DNA of 64,000 bases from a virus. The position numbers and the translations under genes were made by a program. The stretch is taken from IMG/VR virus record IMGVR_UViG_3300009545_000002, positions 9,388-73,387 of that record. One strand, given 5' to 3'. Under the pieces are notes generated by a model, which did not search any database, was not told the DNA's origin, and was given only the letters and a program-made list of their open reading frames with translations. Position 1 is the first letter of the stretch, and each line of letters opens with the position of its first letter. Positions 1 through 9,693 of this stretch are shown here, one piece after another.

Positions 1-2
1 AG

Positions 3-1280
3 GAGTACGACACCCTCGTCGCCGAGATCAAGAGTCTCGACACGCACATCGTTCGCCTCGAGCAGCATGAAGCGCAGATCGTCAGGACCGCGGTCGCGGT
101 CACCGCCGGCGCTGCTGCCGGCGCGACTGCCGGCGCCGAACACCATGGCGTCGAGGTCCGCGGCGGCGTCATCAGCGTGCGCCCGAACATCGCCAAGGGA
201 ACGGCCTTCGTGCGCTACGCGCTGATGAAGCTGCAGGCCAACGGCGACCCGGGCCGCGCCGCCGAGCTCGCCAAGCGCTTCAAGGACACGACGCCGGAGG
301 TCGCCGAAGTGCTGCGCGCCGAGTACTCGATGGGCGAGAGCGTGCTGAAGGCGGCGGTCGCGGCCGGCAACACCACCGACACGACGTGGGCTGGCCCGCT
401 GGCCTACTACAACAACATGGCGGGCGAGTTCATCGAACTGCTGCGCCCGAAGACGATCCTCGGGCGCATCTCGGGTTTCCGTGCGGTGCCGTTCCTGACG
501 CGCATCCCGCGGCAGACCTCCGGTGTGTCGGGCAAGTGGGTCGGTGAAGGCAGCCCGAAGCCGGTTCAAGCGATGGGCTTCGACGCGATCACGCTGGCCT
601 TCTCGAAGGCCTCGGTGATCATCGCGCTGACCGAGGAAATCGTCCGCATGTCGACGCCTTCGGCCGAGGCGCTGGCGCAGTCCGACATGATCAAGGGCGT
701 CTCGCAGTACCTCGACGTGCAGTTCATCGACCCGTCGGTCGCGCCGATCAGCGGCGTCAGCCCTGGGGCCATCACCAACGGCTTGACCGCCGTTGCGTCG
801 AGCGGCTCCACGCTGGCGCAGATCGAGGCGGACATCTCGGCGGTGATGATGAAGCTCGTCAACGCAAACCTCGATCTGTCGACGGCGGTCTGGGTGATGA
901 ACCCGCGCACCGCGCTCTACCTGTCGTTGGTGCGCACGACGCAAGGCCCATACGCCTTCCCCGGCATCAACGTGCAGGGCGGCGTGTTCCATGGCCTGAA
1001 CGTGATCACGTCGAACAACGTGCCGGTCTCGGGCTCGCCCGGCACCACGATCATCGTGCTGATGGATCCGAGCGAGATCCTGATGGCCGATGACGGCGCG
1101 GTCACCGTCGATATGTCGCGCGAGGCATCGCTGCAGATGAGCGATTCGCCGTCGGCCGGCGCGCAGCAGCTGGTCTCGCTGTGGCAGAACAACATGGTGG
1201 GCTTGCGGGCCGAGCGCTACATCAACTGGCAGCGCCGGCGCAACGCTGCGGTGGGGCTCATCTCCGGCGTCGCGTACTGA
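3..1280 (+). CDS. HK97-family major capsid protein (5' truncated by window edge)
   Basis: Frame open from base 3 (EYDTLVAEIKSLDTHIVRLEQHE coiled coil, delta-domain-like); HK97 motifs WVGEGSPKP, WVMNPRT, SLWQNNMVGLRAERYINW; adjacent to portal. Confidence 0.93.
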   Translation, partial: EYDTLVAEIKSLDTHIVRLEQHEAQIVRTAVAVTAGAAAGATAGAEHHGVEVRGGVISVRPNIAKGTAFVRYALMKLQANGDPGRAAELAKRFKDTTPEVAEVLRAEYSMGESVLKAAVAAGNTTDTTWAGPLAYYNNMAGEFIELLRPKTILGRISGFRAVPFLTRIPRQTSGVSGKWVGEGSPKPVQAMGFDAITLAFSKASVIIALTEEIVRMSTPSAEALAQSDMIKGVSQYLDVQFIDPSVAPISGVSPGAITNGLTAVASSGSTLAQIEADISAVMMKLVNANLDLSTAVWVMNPRTALYLSLVRTTQGPYAFPGINVQGGVFHGLNVITSNNVPVSGSPGTTIIVLMDPSEILMADDGAVTVDMSREASLQMSDSPSAGAQQLVSLWQNNMVGLRAERYINWQRRRNAAVGLISGVAY

Positions 1281-1465
1281 TGTCGGCCAAGCGCTCACCC
1301 GCCGCCTCCGGGCGGAAGAAGGGCGACGACAAGGCGCGGCCGGCCGGTGCAGTCGAGGCGACACGTGGTCGCGCCTCTGCACCGGCCGGCAGCCAGACCA
1401 CGGCCGTCGGCGACGCGGCGCCCGTGGGTCGATACCGGCGTCGAGACATGCGTGCGGTCAAATGA
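1280..1465 (+). CDS. small basic head-region protein
   Basis: TGATG overlap with capsid stop; ends YRRRDMRAVK; overlaps portal start. Confidence 0.6.
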   Translation: MSAKRSPAASGRKKGDDKARPAGAVEATRGRASAPAGSQTTAVGDAAPVGRYRRRDMRAVK

Positions 1466-2940
1466 ACCTCTTCGGCTTGCAGATTTCACTCGGCAAGGCC
1501 GGGCCGCCGGCAACGGTCCCCGCGCCGGTGATGAACGGCGCTGCCTCGGTGTTCGGCTTCATCCGCGAGAGCTTTGCCGGCGCCTGGCAGCGCAATATCG
1601 AGGTCGACTCGCGAGAGTCGGTCCTCGCCTTTGCGGCGGTCTATGCCTGCGTGCGCCGGATTTCTTCGGACATCGCGAAGCTGCCGATCGACCTGGTGGA
1701 AGAGCAAGACGACGGCACCTGGCCGGTCGTGCAGATCAACTCGCCGTTCCTGCCGGTGCTGGCCAAGCCGAACCGCTACCAGACGCGGATCCAGTTCATC
1801 GCCGACTGGATCATTGCCAAGCTCCTCTACGGCAACGCCTACATCCTCAAGGAGCGCGATGCCCGCGGCATTGTCATCGCGCTTTACCCGCTGATGCCGC
1901 TGCGGGTCACGCCGCTGGTCGGCATCGACGGTTCGGTCTGGTACCGCCTCGGCCAAGACCTGCTCGCCGGCGTCGAGGACCAGTACATCGTGCCCGCGAG
2001 CGAGATCATCCACGACAAGGACGTGACGCTCTTTCACCCGCTGATCGGCATCTCGCCCATCTATGCCTGCGGGTCTTCCGCCACGCAGGGCAACCGCATT
2101 CAGGCGAACTCGGCCAAGTTCTTCGAGAACATGAGCCGCCCGAGCGGCATGCTGACGGCGCCCGGCACGATCAAGGAAGACACCGCGGCGCGCCTGAAGA
2201 AGCACTGGGAAGAGAACTTCTCGGGCTCCAATCTCGGCCGCCTGGCGGTGCTCGGCGATGGCCTGACCTATGCGCCGATGACCATCCCGCCGCAGGATGC
2301 CCAGCTGATCCAGCAGCTCGGCTGGACGGTCGACGACGTGGCGCGCGCCTTTGGCGTGCCGCTCTACAAGATCAACGCCGGGACCATGCCGACGCACACC
2401 AGCGTCGAGGCGCTCGATCTCCAGTATTACACCGGCTGCCTGCAGGTGCTGATGCAGAGCCTCGAGCTCTGCCTCGACGAAGGCCTCTCGCTGCCGCCGC
2501 GCTACGACGTGCGCTTCAACCTGGACAACCTCCTGCGCATGGACAGCGCAACGCGCTTCATCGGCTACCAACAGGCGATCAATGCCGGCTGGATGAAACC
2601 GAACGAGGCGCGCCTGCGCGAGAACCTGGCGCCTGTCCCCGGCGGCGGCACGCCGTATCTGCAGGTGCAGAACTACTCGCTCGCCGCGCTCGCACGGCGC
2701 GACCAGCTCGCCGAGCAAGGCGCTCCGGGCCCTGCCAACGCACCGAGCGACCCGACGGCGGCACCGACGCCCGACGCGACCCCGGTGCTGCCCGCCGCGC
2801 CGAACCCGGGGGCAGGGCAGGCCGCAGCTGAAGCGGCCGCTGCCGCCAAAGCCATGGATGCCGAGTGCGTCGTAGCCGTCGCCGAGGTGATGCGCGGCCT
2901 GCTTTTGCCTGACGATGAGGAGCACCACGAGCATGTTTGA
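1462..2940 (+). CDS. HK97-family portal protein
   Basis: AVYACVRRIS, LLYGNAY, GISPI, FFENMSRPSGML, VARAFGVP, PNEARLRENL motifs. Confidence 0.95.
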   Translation: MNLFGLQISLGKAGPPATVPAPVMNGAASVFGFIRESFAGAWQRNIEVDSRESVLAFAAVYACVRRISSDIAKLPIDLVEEQDDGTWPVVQINSPFLPVLAKPNRYQTRIQFIADWIIAKLLYGNAYILKERDARGIVIALYPLMPLRVTPLVGIDGSVWYRLGQDLLAGVEDQYIVPASEIIHDKDVTLFHPLIGISPIYACGSSATQGNRIQANSAKFFENMSRPSGMLTAPGTIKEDTAARLKKHWEENFSGSNLGRLAVLGDGLTYAPMTIPPQDAQLIQQLGWTVDDVARAFGVPLYKINAGTMPTHTSVEALDLQYYTGCLQVLMQSLELCLDEGLSLPPRYDVRFNLDNLLRMDSATRFIGYQQAINAGWMKPNEARLRENLAPVPGGGTPYLQVQNYSLAALARRDQLAEQGAPGPANAPSDPTAAPTPDATPVLPAAPNPGAGQAAAEAAAAAKAMDAECVVAVAEVMRGLLLPDDEEHHEHV

Positions 2941-4480
2941 CGGCAAGGTTTTCGGCGAACAAATAACGCTCGTCGTGCGCGCCTACATGGCGAAGGCGCT
3001 CGGCGGTCTCTCACTGCGCATCGCCGAGCTGGAGCGCCGCATGGCCGCGCTGCCCGAGCCGCGGCAAGGCGCGCCTGGCAAGGACGCCGATCCTGCGCTC
3101 ATCGCGCGCGAGGTCGAGGCGGCTGTCAAGGCGCTACCCGGCCCGGACCTGGCCGCGATCGCCGATCTCGCGGTGGCGCGGATGCCGGCCCCGGCCGCCG
3201 GCAAGGATGCGGATCCGGAGGTGATTCGGGAGCAGGTCGCCGCCGCGGTCGCGGCGCTGCCGACGCCTGATCTCCACGCGATCGCTGCGCTGGTGCCGCC
3301 GCCCAAAGACGGCCAGGACGCCGACCCCGCGGTGATCGCCGAGCAGGTGGCTGCCGCGGTCGCGGCGCTGCCGGCGCCGGACCTGGCCGCGATCGCCGCG
3401 CTCGTGCCGCAGCCGGATCCTGCGGCGATCGCGGCCCTCGTGCCGTCGCCCAAGGACGGGCGCGATGCCGACCCGGCGCTGATTGCCGAGCTGGTCAGTG
3501 AACGCGTCGCCGCCGCCGTGGCCGAGCTCCCACCGCCCGAGGCGGGCAAGGATGGCAAGGACGCCGATCCGGAAGTCGTGCGCGCGCTGGTGCTGGAGGC
3601 GGTCGCACAGATCCCGGCGCCGCGCGACGGCCAGGACGCCGATCCGGAGGTGCTGCGTGCCGAGGTCGAACGTGCCGTCGCGGCGCTGCCCGCTCCGGCT
3701 CCCGGCAAGGACGCTGACCCGGAGCTCGTGCGGAGCCTGGTGCAGGAAGCCGTCGCCGCGCTGCCCGCGCCGAAGGACGGTCAGAGCGTCAGCCTCGACG
3801 ACGTGCGGCCGCTGCTCACCGAGGAGGTGGCCAAGGCTGTCGCGCTGGTGCCCAAGCCGAAGGACGGCGAGAGCGTTCCGATCGAGCAGGTGCAACGCAT
3901 GATCGATGAGGCGGTCACGATCGCTGTCGCCGCCGCCGTCTCGAAGGTCGTCGACGCGATGCCGGTTGCCAAGGACGGCCGAGACGCCATGCAGATCGAG
4001 ATCCTGCCGGCGATCGACCCGCAGCGCTCCTATCCGCGCGGCACCTTCGCCACCCACGCCGGCGGCTTGTGGCGCGCCTTCGAGACCACCACCGAGATGA
4101 AGGGCTGGGAGTGCATCACCAACGGCATCGAGCACATCGGCGCGAAGGAAGCCGGCGACCCGCGCCACTGGGTGGTGTCGGTCAGAACCTCGAACGGCAA
4201 ATCGCTCGACTTGCCTTTCAGCACGCCCGCGATGATCTACCGCGGGATCTGGAAGGAAGGCCGCTACGAGCACGGCGATGCGGTCACCCGTGACGGGTCG
4301 ACCTGGCACGCCAACGTCGACACCGTCGGCGTCCCGGGTTCTTCGTCCGACTGGCAGCTCTGCACCAAGCGCGGCCGCGACGGCAAGGACGGGCTGCGCG
4401 GCTTGAAGGGCGACACCGGCGCTCCTGGCCGGCCTGGCCGCGATCTCACGCAACTCCTCTTCGATGGGCACAAGCAATGA
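2933..4480 (+). CDS. repeat-rich head-associated protein (GKDADP repeats, collagen-like C-terminus)
   Basis: About 10 repeats of P-x-(P/D)GKDADP-x-x-I-x-x-x-V-x-x-AVAALP; C-terminal YRGIWKEGRYEHGDAVT and G-X-Y triplets; follows portal. Confidence 0.75.
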   Translation: MFDGKVFGEQITLVVRAYMAKALGGLSLRIAELERRMAALPEPRQGAPGKDADPALIAREVEAAVKALPGPDLAAIADLAVARMPAPAAGKDADPEVIREQVAAAVAALPTPDLHAIAALVPPPKDGQDADPAVIAEQVAAAVAALPAPDLAAIAALVPQPDPAAIAALVPSPKDGRDADPALIAELVSERVAAAVAELPPPEAGKDGKDADPEVVRALVLEAVAQIPAPRDGQDADPEVLRAEVERAVAALPAPAPGKDADPELVRSLVQEAVAALPAPKDGQSVSLDDVRPLLTEEVAKAVALVPKPKDGESVPIEQVQRMIDEAVTIAVAAAVSKVVDAMPVAKDGRDAMQIEILPAIDPQRSYPRGTFATHAGGLWRAFETTTEMKGWECITNGIEHIGAKEAGDPRHWVVSVRTSNGKSLDLPFSTPAMIYRGIWKEGRYEHGDAVTRDGSTWHANVDTVGVPGSSSDWQLCTKRGRDGKDGLRGLKGDTGAPGRPGRDLTQLLFDGHKQ

Positions 4481-5103
4481 ACAATCTCTGGAGCGTGCCG
4501 CGCTTTTGGCGTGGCAAGACGGTCGCCATTCTCGCGAGCGGCCCTTCGATGTCGCCGGCGGTCGCGGCGGCGGTGCGCGCGTGGCGCCTGCCTTGCATCG
4601 TGATCAACGACACGTTCAAGCTCGCGCCGTGGGCGGACTTGCTCTATGCCGCCGATGTCGGCTGGTGGGATTGCCGGCCGCAGGCGCTGGACTTCGACGG
4701 CCTGAAGGTCAGCCTGCAGCCAACGTCGGGCCGGCTGCCTGCGCAGGTGCTGCAACTCCTCAACAGCGGCGAAACCGGGTTCGACCCGGATCCGCACTGC
4801 CTGCGCACCGGCGGCAACGGCGGCTACCAGGCGCTGCACCTGGCCGTGCACGCCGGCGCCGCGCGCGTGCTGCTGTTCGGCTTCGACATGCGCGGGTCGC
4901 ACTGGCATGGGGACCATGAAGCCCCGCTGCGCAACCCCAAGCCGCACCAGTTCGCCAACTGGATCGAGCGGTTCGCGGCGGTCGCGCCTGAGCTCGCGCG
5001 GCGCGGCGTCGATGTCGTCAACTGCACGCCCGATTCGGACTTGACGTGCTTCCGCTTCGCGTCGCTCTGCGACCTGCGGCAACTGGACGCGGTCGCAGCA
5101 TGA
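4477..5103 (+). CDS. glycosyltransferase-like protein (DUF115/MptE-like fold)
   Basis: VAILASGPS, IVINDT, GNGGYQALHLAVHAGAARVLLFGFDM, VVNCTPDS. Confidence 0.7.
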   Translation: MNNLWSVPRFWRGKTVAILASGPSMSPAVAAAVRAWRLPCIVINDTFKLAPWADLLYAADVGWWDCRPQALDFDGLKVSLQPTSGRLPAQVLQLLNSGETGFDPDPHCLRTGGNGGYQALHLAVHAGAARVLLFGFDMRGSHWHGDHEAPLRNPKPHQFANWIERFAAVAPELARRGVDVVNCTPDSDLTCFRFASLCDLRQLDAVAA

Positions 5104-5993
5104 GGCCGCTCTACGTGGCCGGGATGCACGGCCTGGGCGACAACCTGCATCAGCGCGCGGTGATGCGCCAGCTCGTCGAGCGCCGCTCCGTCTGGCTCGA
5201 GACGCCGTGGCCCTGCCTCTACGAAGACATCCACGGCCTGAACGTGGTCGGCAAGGGCTCGCACCTTCGCACGCAGGCGCGCAACGCCGCGCGCGAGGCC
5301 GATCGCTACAGCAAGGAGCCGGTGCCGAAGGATGCCGAGCTGCTCGAGGTGCGCTACATGCCCGACGACGTGCGCCGCCTCGGCTCGGTGCTCGCGGCCA
5401 TGTGCAAGACCTGCGGCGTCGACTATGCCAAGGCCGACTTCCGCCTCGACGTCCCCTCGGCCTGGCGCAAGAAAGGCGACGCCTTCCTGCGCAAGCTCCG
5501 TCCGCAGAAGCCGCTGATGATCTTCCGCCCGCTCGTCGAGCGCGCCGAGTGGGGCGGCAACGCGCCGCGCAATCCCGACCCCTACGCCTACCGCGACCTG
5601 TACCTCGGGCTGCGCGATCGCTACCACGTGCTCAGCATCGCGGATCTCGAGCCGCACGCCGAATGGATGGTCGGGGAGCGGGTTCAGGCCGACACCGAAC
5701 TGCATCGCGGCGAGCTCGACATCGAGACGCTCGCCGCGGTCTTCGCGCAGGCGGCGCTCGTCTTCACCGCGCCGGGCTTCCCGGTGATCCTCTCGCAGGC
5801 CGTCGGCGTGCCGGTGATCGTGCCCTTCGGTGGCTACGAAAACTCCTCCTCCTACAGCGCCGGCGCGCGCTACAGCCCATACCTCGGTCTCGACGTGATC
5901 CGCCCATGCCAGTGCTTCAGCCATCGCCACGACTGCGACAAGCGCATGGACGTGGCGGCCGCGCGCACGCGCATTCAGGAGTTCCTCCGATGA
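5100..5993 (+). CDS. GT9/heptosyltransferase-like glycosyltransferase
   Basis: N-terminal MHGLGDNL; C-terminal LAAVFAQAALVFTAPGFPVILSQAVGVPVIVPFGG and PCQCF...CDK. Confidence 0.7.
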   Translation: MRPLYVAGMHGLGDNLHQRAVMRQLVERRSVWLETPWPCLYEDIHGLNVVGKGSHLRTQARNAAREADRYSKEPVPKDAELLEVRYMPDDVRRLGSVLAAMCKTCGVDYAKADFRLDVPSAWRKKGDAFLRKLRPQKPLMIFRPLVERAEWGGNAPRNPDPYAYRDLYLGLRDRYHVLSIADLEPHAEWMVGERVQADTELHRGELDIETLAAVFAQAALVFTAPGFPVILSQAVGVPVIVPFGGYENSSSYSAGARYSPYLGLDVIRPCQCFSHRHDCDKRMDVAAARTRIQEFLR

Positions 5994-6520
5994 GCAGCAT
6001 CCTCGGTGAAGTCAAGTTGCAGGCGCTGCGTGGTCTGATGGCGCGTGCCGCTCACGTGCCCGGCAGCGTGGCCGAGTGCGGCGTCTATCGCGGCGGCACC
6101 CTGTCGGAGATGCTGCGGGCCTTCCCGGGCCGCACCGTCTACGGCTTCGACACCTTCGAGGGCCTGCCGGAGCAAGCCTGGGCGCCGGGCGAGGTGCATT
6201 CGCCGGGCGACTTCGCCGACGTGCCCGGACTCGAGGAGATCGCCCGCGGCGCCGCCGGCGCGCGGCTCGTGCCGGGCATCTTTCCGGAAAGCGCCGACGG
6301 CATCGAGGGCCCGTTCGCGTTCGTGCACGTCGACTTCGACTTCGAGGCTTCCACGGTCGCCGCGATCGACTGGTTCGTGCCGCGCATGTCGCCCGGCGGC
6401 CTGATCGTCTTCGACGATTACAAGTGGGAGCATTGCCCGGGCGTCGAGCGGGCGATCACCGCGGCTGGCCTGGCCATCACCGAGTCGGCCGAGTACCAAT
6501 GCTTCTGGGTGGCACCATGA
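5990..6520 (+). CDS. TylF/MycF-family O-methyltransferase
   Basis: AECGVYRGG, YGFDTFEGLP, FVHVDFD, GGLIVFDDY..CPGV. Confidence 0.88.
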   Translation: MSSILGEVKLQALRGLMARAAHVPGSVAECGVYRGGTLSEMLRAFPGRTVYGFDTFEGLPEQAWAPGEVHSPGDFADVPGLEEIARGAAGARLVPGIFPESADGIEGPFAFVHVDFDFEASTVAAIDWFVPRMSPGGLIVFDDYKWEHCPGVERAITAAGLAITESAEYQCFWVAP

Positions 6521-7134
6521 CGCCCCTCGCGAACCTGCGCCAGATCGGCGGCCCGACGGCCGAGCCGCTGACGTTGCTGGAGGCGCGCATTCACCTGCGG
6601 CAGGACTTCGACGGCGACTCGCCGATGCCGCCGGCGCCCGACGACTCCTGGCTCTCCGACAAGATCACCGCGGCGCGCGAGTTCGCCGAGGACTTCATCG
6701 GCGTGCCGCTCACCGACGCGACCTACCTCTGGCGCGCCGATGCCTTCACCGACAACTTCCCCTTGCCCGAAGGCACCGCGGAGGTCGTCGCCGTCAGCTA
6801 CCTCGACGCCGACGGCACGACGGTGGCGACCGTCGATCCGACGATCTACTACTTCGACGAAGGCGCGCCGCAGCTGGTGCTGCTGCCTGGCGCCTCGTGG
6901 CCGGTGATCAGCACGCTGCCGGGCGCGGTGCGCGTGACGCTGCGCGGCGGCTACGGCACGGGCGACTCGCCGCCGGCGCCGGTGCCGGCGCGCGTGCGCC
7001 ACGCGATGCTGCTGCTCATCGGGCACTGGTGGCTCAACCGCGAGGCGGCCGTCATCGCGCCGGCAGCAACTGATATTCCATTCGGTGTCGAAGCGCTGCT
7101 GCGCCCGTTGCGGGTGCGGCTCGGGATGGCCTGA
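6517..7134 (+). CDS. head-tail connector (gp6-like)
   Basis: EPLTLLEARIHLR, AAREFAE, AMLLLIGHWWLNREA, PFGVEALL. Confidence 0.88.
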   Translation: MTPLANLRQIGGPTAEPLTLLEARIHLRQDFDGDSPMPPAPDDSWLSDKITAAREFAEDFIGVPLTDATYLWRADAFTDNFPLPEGTAEVVAVSYLDADGTTVATVDPTIYYFDEGAPQLVLLPGASWPVISTLPGAVRVTLRGGYGTGDSPPAPVPARVRHAMLLLIGHWWLNREAAVIAPAATDIPFGVEALLRPLRVRLGMA

Positions 7135-7475
7135 TGCGTGTCGGACAACTCGACTGCCGCATCCGCTTGCAGCGCCGCGTGAAGAACGAGGACAAGCTCG
7201 GCACCAACGACTACACGTTCGCCGATGTGGACGTGCGCCCGATCGTCTGGGCGGCGGTGCAGCCGCTGCGCGGGCGCGAGTTCTTCGCGGCCAGCGAGAT
7301 GCAGAGCGAGATCACGACGCGCTTCACGATCCTCTACCGCAAGGACATCGACAGCACCATGCGCGTCATCTGGGGCGGCGTGCCGTACGACATCGCGGCG
7401 CCGCCGATCGACGTGGGCGGCAAACGCGTGTGGCTCGAACTGATGTGCAAATCTGGAGTGGGCGATGGCCGCTGA
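7134..7475 (+). CDS. head closure protein (SPP1 gp16-like)
   Basis: VWAAVQPLRGREFFAA, RFTILYRKDI; synteny. Confidence 0.88.
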   Translation: MRVGQLDCRIRLQRRVKNEDKLGTNDYTFADVDVRPIVWAAVQPLRGREFFAASEMQSEITTRFTILYRKDIDSTMRVIWGGVPYDIAAPPIDVGGKRVWLELMCKSGVGDGR

Positions 7476-7953
7476 ACGCTTTCAACTGACGATCACGGGG
7501 CTGGACCAGACGCTCGCTGCGCTGCACCAAGTGCCGATCACCGTGCGCGACAAGATGCTCGCCAAGGCGCTGCGCGCCGGCGGCCTGGTCGTGCGCGATG
7601 CGGCTCGCCGGGTCGTGCCGATCGGCCGGCGCGTGGTGAGACGCGGCCGCGTCGTGTCCTTGCCCGGCACGGTGCACGACGCGATCTCTGTGCGGGTCAG
7701 CAAGAACGACGCGGCCCTCGGCCTGGTCGGCGTCTTCATCAACGTCAGGCCGGCGCGGGGCCTCAACCGCGGCCGGAACAATCCGAATGACCCGTTCTAC
7801 TGGCGCTTCATCGAGTTCGGCACGAGCAAGATGGTCAAGCGGCCCTTTCTCGAGCCGGCCGCGCAGACGCTCGGCGGCCCGGTCATGGACGCGATCACGA
7901 CGTCGATGACCCAACAGATCGCCCGCATCACACCCAAGGGGACGCTCCCATGA
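7465..7953 (+). CDS. HK97 gp10-family neck protein
   Basis: FYWRFIEFGTSKMVKRPFLEPA. Confidence 0.88.
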   Translation: MAAERFQLTITGLDQTLAALHQVPITVRDKMLAKALRAGGLVVRDAARRVVPIGRRVVRRGRVVSLPGTVHDAISVRVSKNDAALGLVGVFINVRPARGLNRGRNNPNDPFYWRFIEFGTSKMVKRPFLEPAAQTLGGPVMDAITTSMTQQIARITPKGTLP

Positions 7954-8339
7954 ACCTGAAGGGAATGAGCGGCAGCGAGATCGTGCGCACGGTGCTCGCA
8001 ACGCCCGACACCAGTGTCAACGGCGTGGTCTACCCGACCGACGCCGGGCTGCGCGTGCGCGCCGACGAGGCAGAGCAGGGCGAGCCTTTCCCGTTCGTGA
8101 TCTTTCGCCGCGTCGCGATCGAGCGCGACTTCGGTCTCGACAACACCTTGCTCTCGACGATGGAGACCTTCGCGATCGAGTGCTGGGGCGACACGGCGGC
8201 CAGGGCGCAGGCGCTGGAAGCACAGGTCGTCGATGCCCTCCTCGCTCAGGGCATCCCGCCCTCGCACAACGAGCCAGACGGCAAGGACCCCTACATCGGG
8301 GTCAATTGCGTCGTGATTCGCGCGGACATCTGGACCTGA
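7950..8339 (+). CDS. tail terminator/completion protein (DUF3168-like)
   Basis: PFVIFRRV, FAIECWG; position before tail tube gene. Confidence 0.7.
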   Translation: MNLKGMSGSEIVRTVLATPDTSVNGVVYPTDAGLRVRADEAEQGEPFPFVIFRRVAIERDFGLDNTLLSTMETFAIECWGDTAARAQALEAQVVDALLAQGIPPSHNEPDGKDPYIGVNCVVIRADIWT

Positions 8340-8363
8340 CGACCCGCACCACGTTCCCCCACC

Positions 8364-8393
8364 AACCCCGGCCTTCGTGCCGGGTTCTTTTTT
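8364..8393 (+). terminator. hairpin plus U-tract before tail tube gene
   Basis: CCCGGC-cttcgt-GCCGGG followed by TTCTTTTTT. Confidence 0.55.
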
Positions 8394-8411
8394 GCCTAAA
8401 GGACATTCAAC

Positions 8412-9077
8412 ATGACTGAAGTCGTCAAAGGACGCAACGTACGCGTCGAGATCGGCAGCACCGAGGGCTCGCCGAAGACCGTCACGGCGGTCTCGCTCGG
8501 CAACCCGGGCATGGCTACCACCAGCGTCGCGCACGGCCTGGCGGTGGGCTCCGTCGGCTATTTCAGCCAGGTGCAGAACATGGCGCCGCTCGATGACCAG
8601 GCGGCGCGCGTCGCCTTGCCGGGCGGTTCGCCCCCTTCGTCGAGCCAGTTCGACATCGAGGGCATCGACACGACCGACTTCCCGGCATTCACCACCGGGC
8701 TCTTCGTGCCGATCACGGCCTGGGACACGCTCGCGCAGTCCACGCAGTACCAGCTCGGCGGCGGCGCCCCGAAGACCGAGGACATCACCTGCCTGCTCGA
8801 CAAGTTCGAGCAGATGGACACCATCATGCTGGCGGCCGAGACCGTGACGATCGACATCCGCTCGCTCGAAGAGGACAACGATGCGCTCGCCCTGATTCGG
8901 AAGTACTCGCGTGCCCTGAAAAAGATGGTGTTCCGCATCACGCTCAACGGCGGCGCGCAGCGCATCTTCCGCGGCACGGTGAGCCTGCCGGGTGAGAGCG
9001 TTGCGCACGGCGCGACCGGCACTGGCCAGCTGACGGTCACCGTCAAGGGCCAGATCTGCTACCTGCCGGCGCTCTGA
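8412..9077 (+). CDS. major tail tube protein
   Basis: AAAGGA RBS; GGGAPKTEDITCLLD; position between neck and chaperone genes. Confidence 0.82.
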   Translation: MTEVVKGRNVRVEIGSTEGSPKTVTAVSLGNPGMATTSVAHGLAVGSVGYFSQVQNMAPLDDQAARVALPGGSPPSSSQFDIEGIDTTDFPAFTTGLFVPITAWDTLAQSTQYQLGGGAPKTEDITCLLDKFEQMDTIMLAAETVTIDIRSLEEDNDALALIRKYSRALKKMVFRITLNGGAQRIFRGTVSLPGESVAHGATGTGQLTVTVKGQICYLPAL

Positions 9078-9082
9078 TCTCG

Positions 9083-9457
9083 GTGGACGCGAAAGAATTG
9101 GTCCTCGCGCTTCGGCGCCGGCGCGAAAGCTGGGTCACGCTCGCCGAAGGCAAGCGCGTGAAGATCCGCCGGCCTCCCGAGACTGGTCTGCGCGAATTTC
9201 TGACGATCGTCGACGGCAAGCGCACCTGGCTGGTCGGACTCGAGGCCGTGCAGCGCCACGTCGTCGACTGGGATGGCTTCACCGAGGCCGACATCCTCGG
9301 CGCGTCCGTCGGGTCGTCGGATACCGTCCCCTTCGATGCCGACCTCTGGTCCGAGCTCGTCGCGAACAACATCGAATGGCTCAACGATGTTGCCGCGGCG
9401 CTGCTCAAGGACATCGTCGACTTCCTCGCCGCGAAAGATGAAGTCGCAAAAAACTGA
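9083..9457 (+). CDS. tail assembly chaperone (G-like)
   Basis: Position; ends GCA AAA AAC TGA (slippery site). Confidence 0.8.
   Translation: MDAKELVLALRRRRESWVTLAEGKRVKIRRPPETGLREFLTIVDGKRTWLVGLEAVQRHVVDWDGFTEADILGASVGSSDTVPFDADLWSELVANNIEWLNDVAAALLKDIVDFLAAKDEVAKN
9448..9454 (+). other. programmed -1 frameshift heptamer A AAA AAC
   Basis: X XXY YYZ heptamer just before the chaperone stop; the -1 frame runs into 9457..9693. Confidence 0.8.
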
Positions 9458-9693
9458 TGGCGCTACTGGACACGCAGGACGGCGTGCGGTGGGACGGTCC
9501 TGATGCGCCCGTACAGACCCCAGACGATGCGCTTGCCATCCATGTGCACAACCACCTGTCCAACGGCATGGGCGGCATCGACTGGGCTGGCCTGCCGCTT
9601 GTCGTCGAGCTCCTCGGCGTCATCGACATCGAGATGCTGCTGCATCGCCTGCTCGTGATCCGTAGCCACACGCCTGACACCACCTCGCCATGA
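9457..9693 (+). CDS. tail chaperone frameshift extension (T-like)
   Basis: In -1 frame relative to upstream ORF; GGIDWAGLPLVVELLGV. Confidence 0.75.
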   Translation: MALLDTQDGVRWDGPDAPVQTPDDALAIHVHNHLSNGMGGIDWAGLPLVVELLGVIDIEMLLHRLLVIRSHTPDTTSP

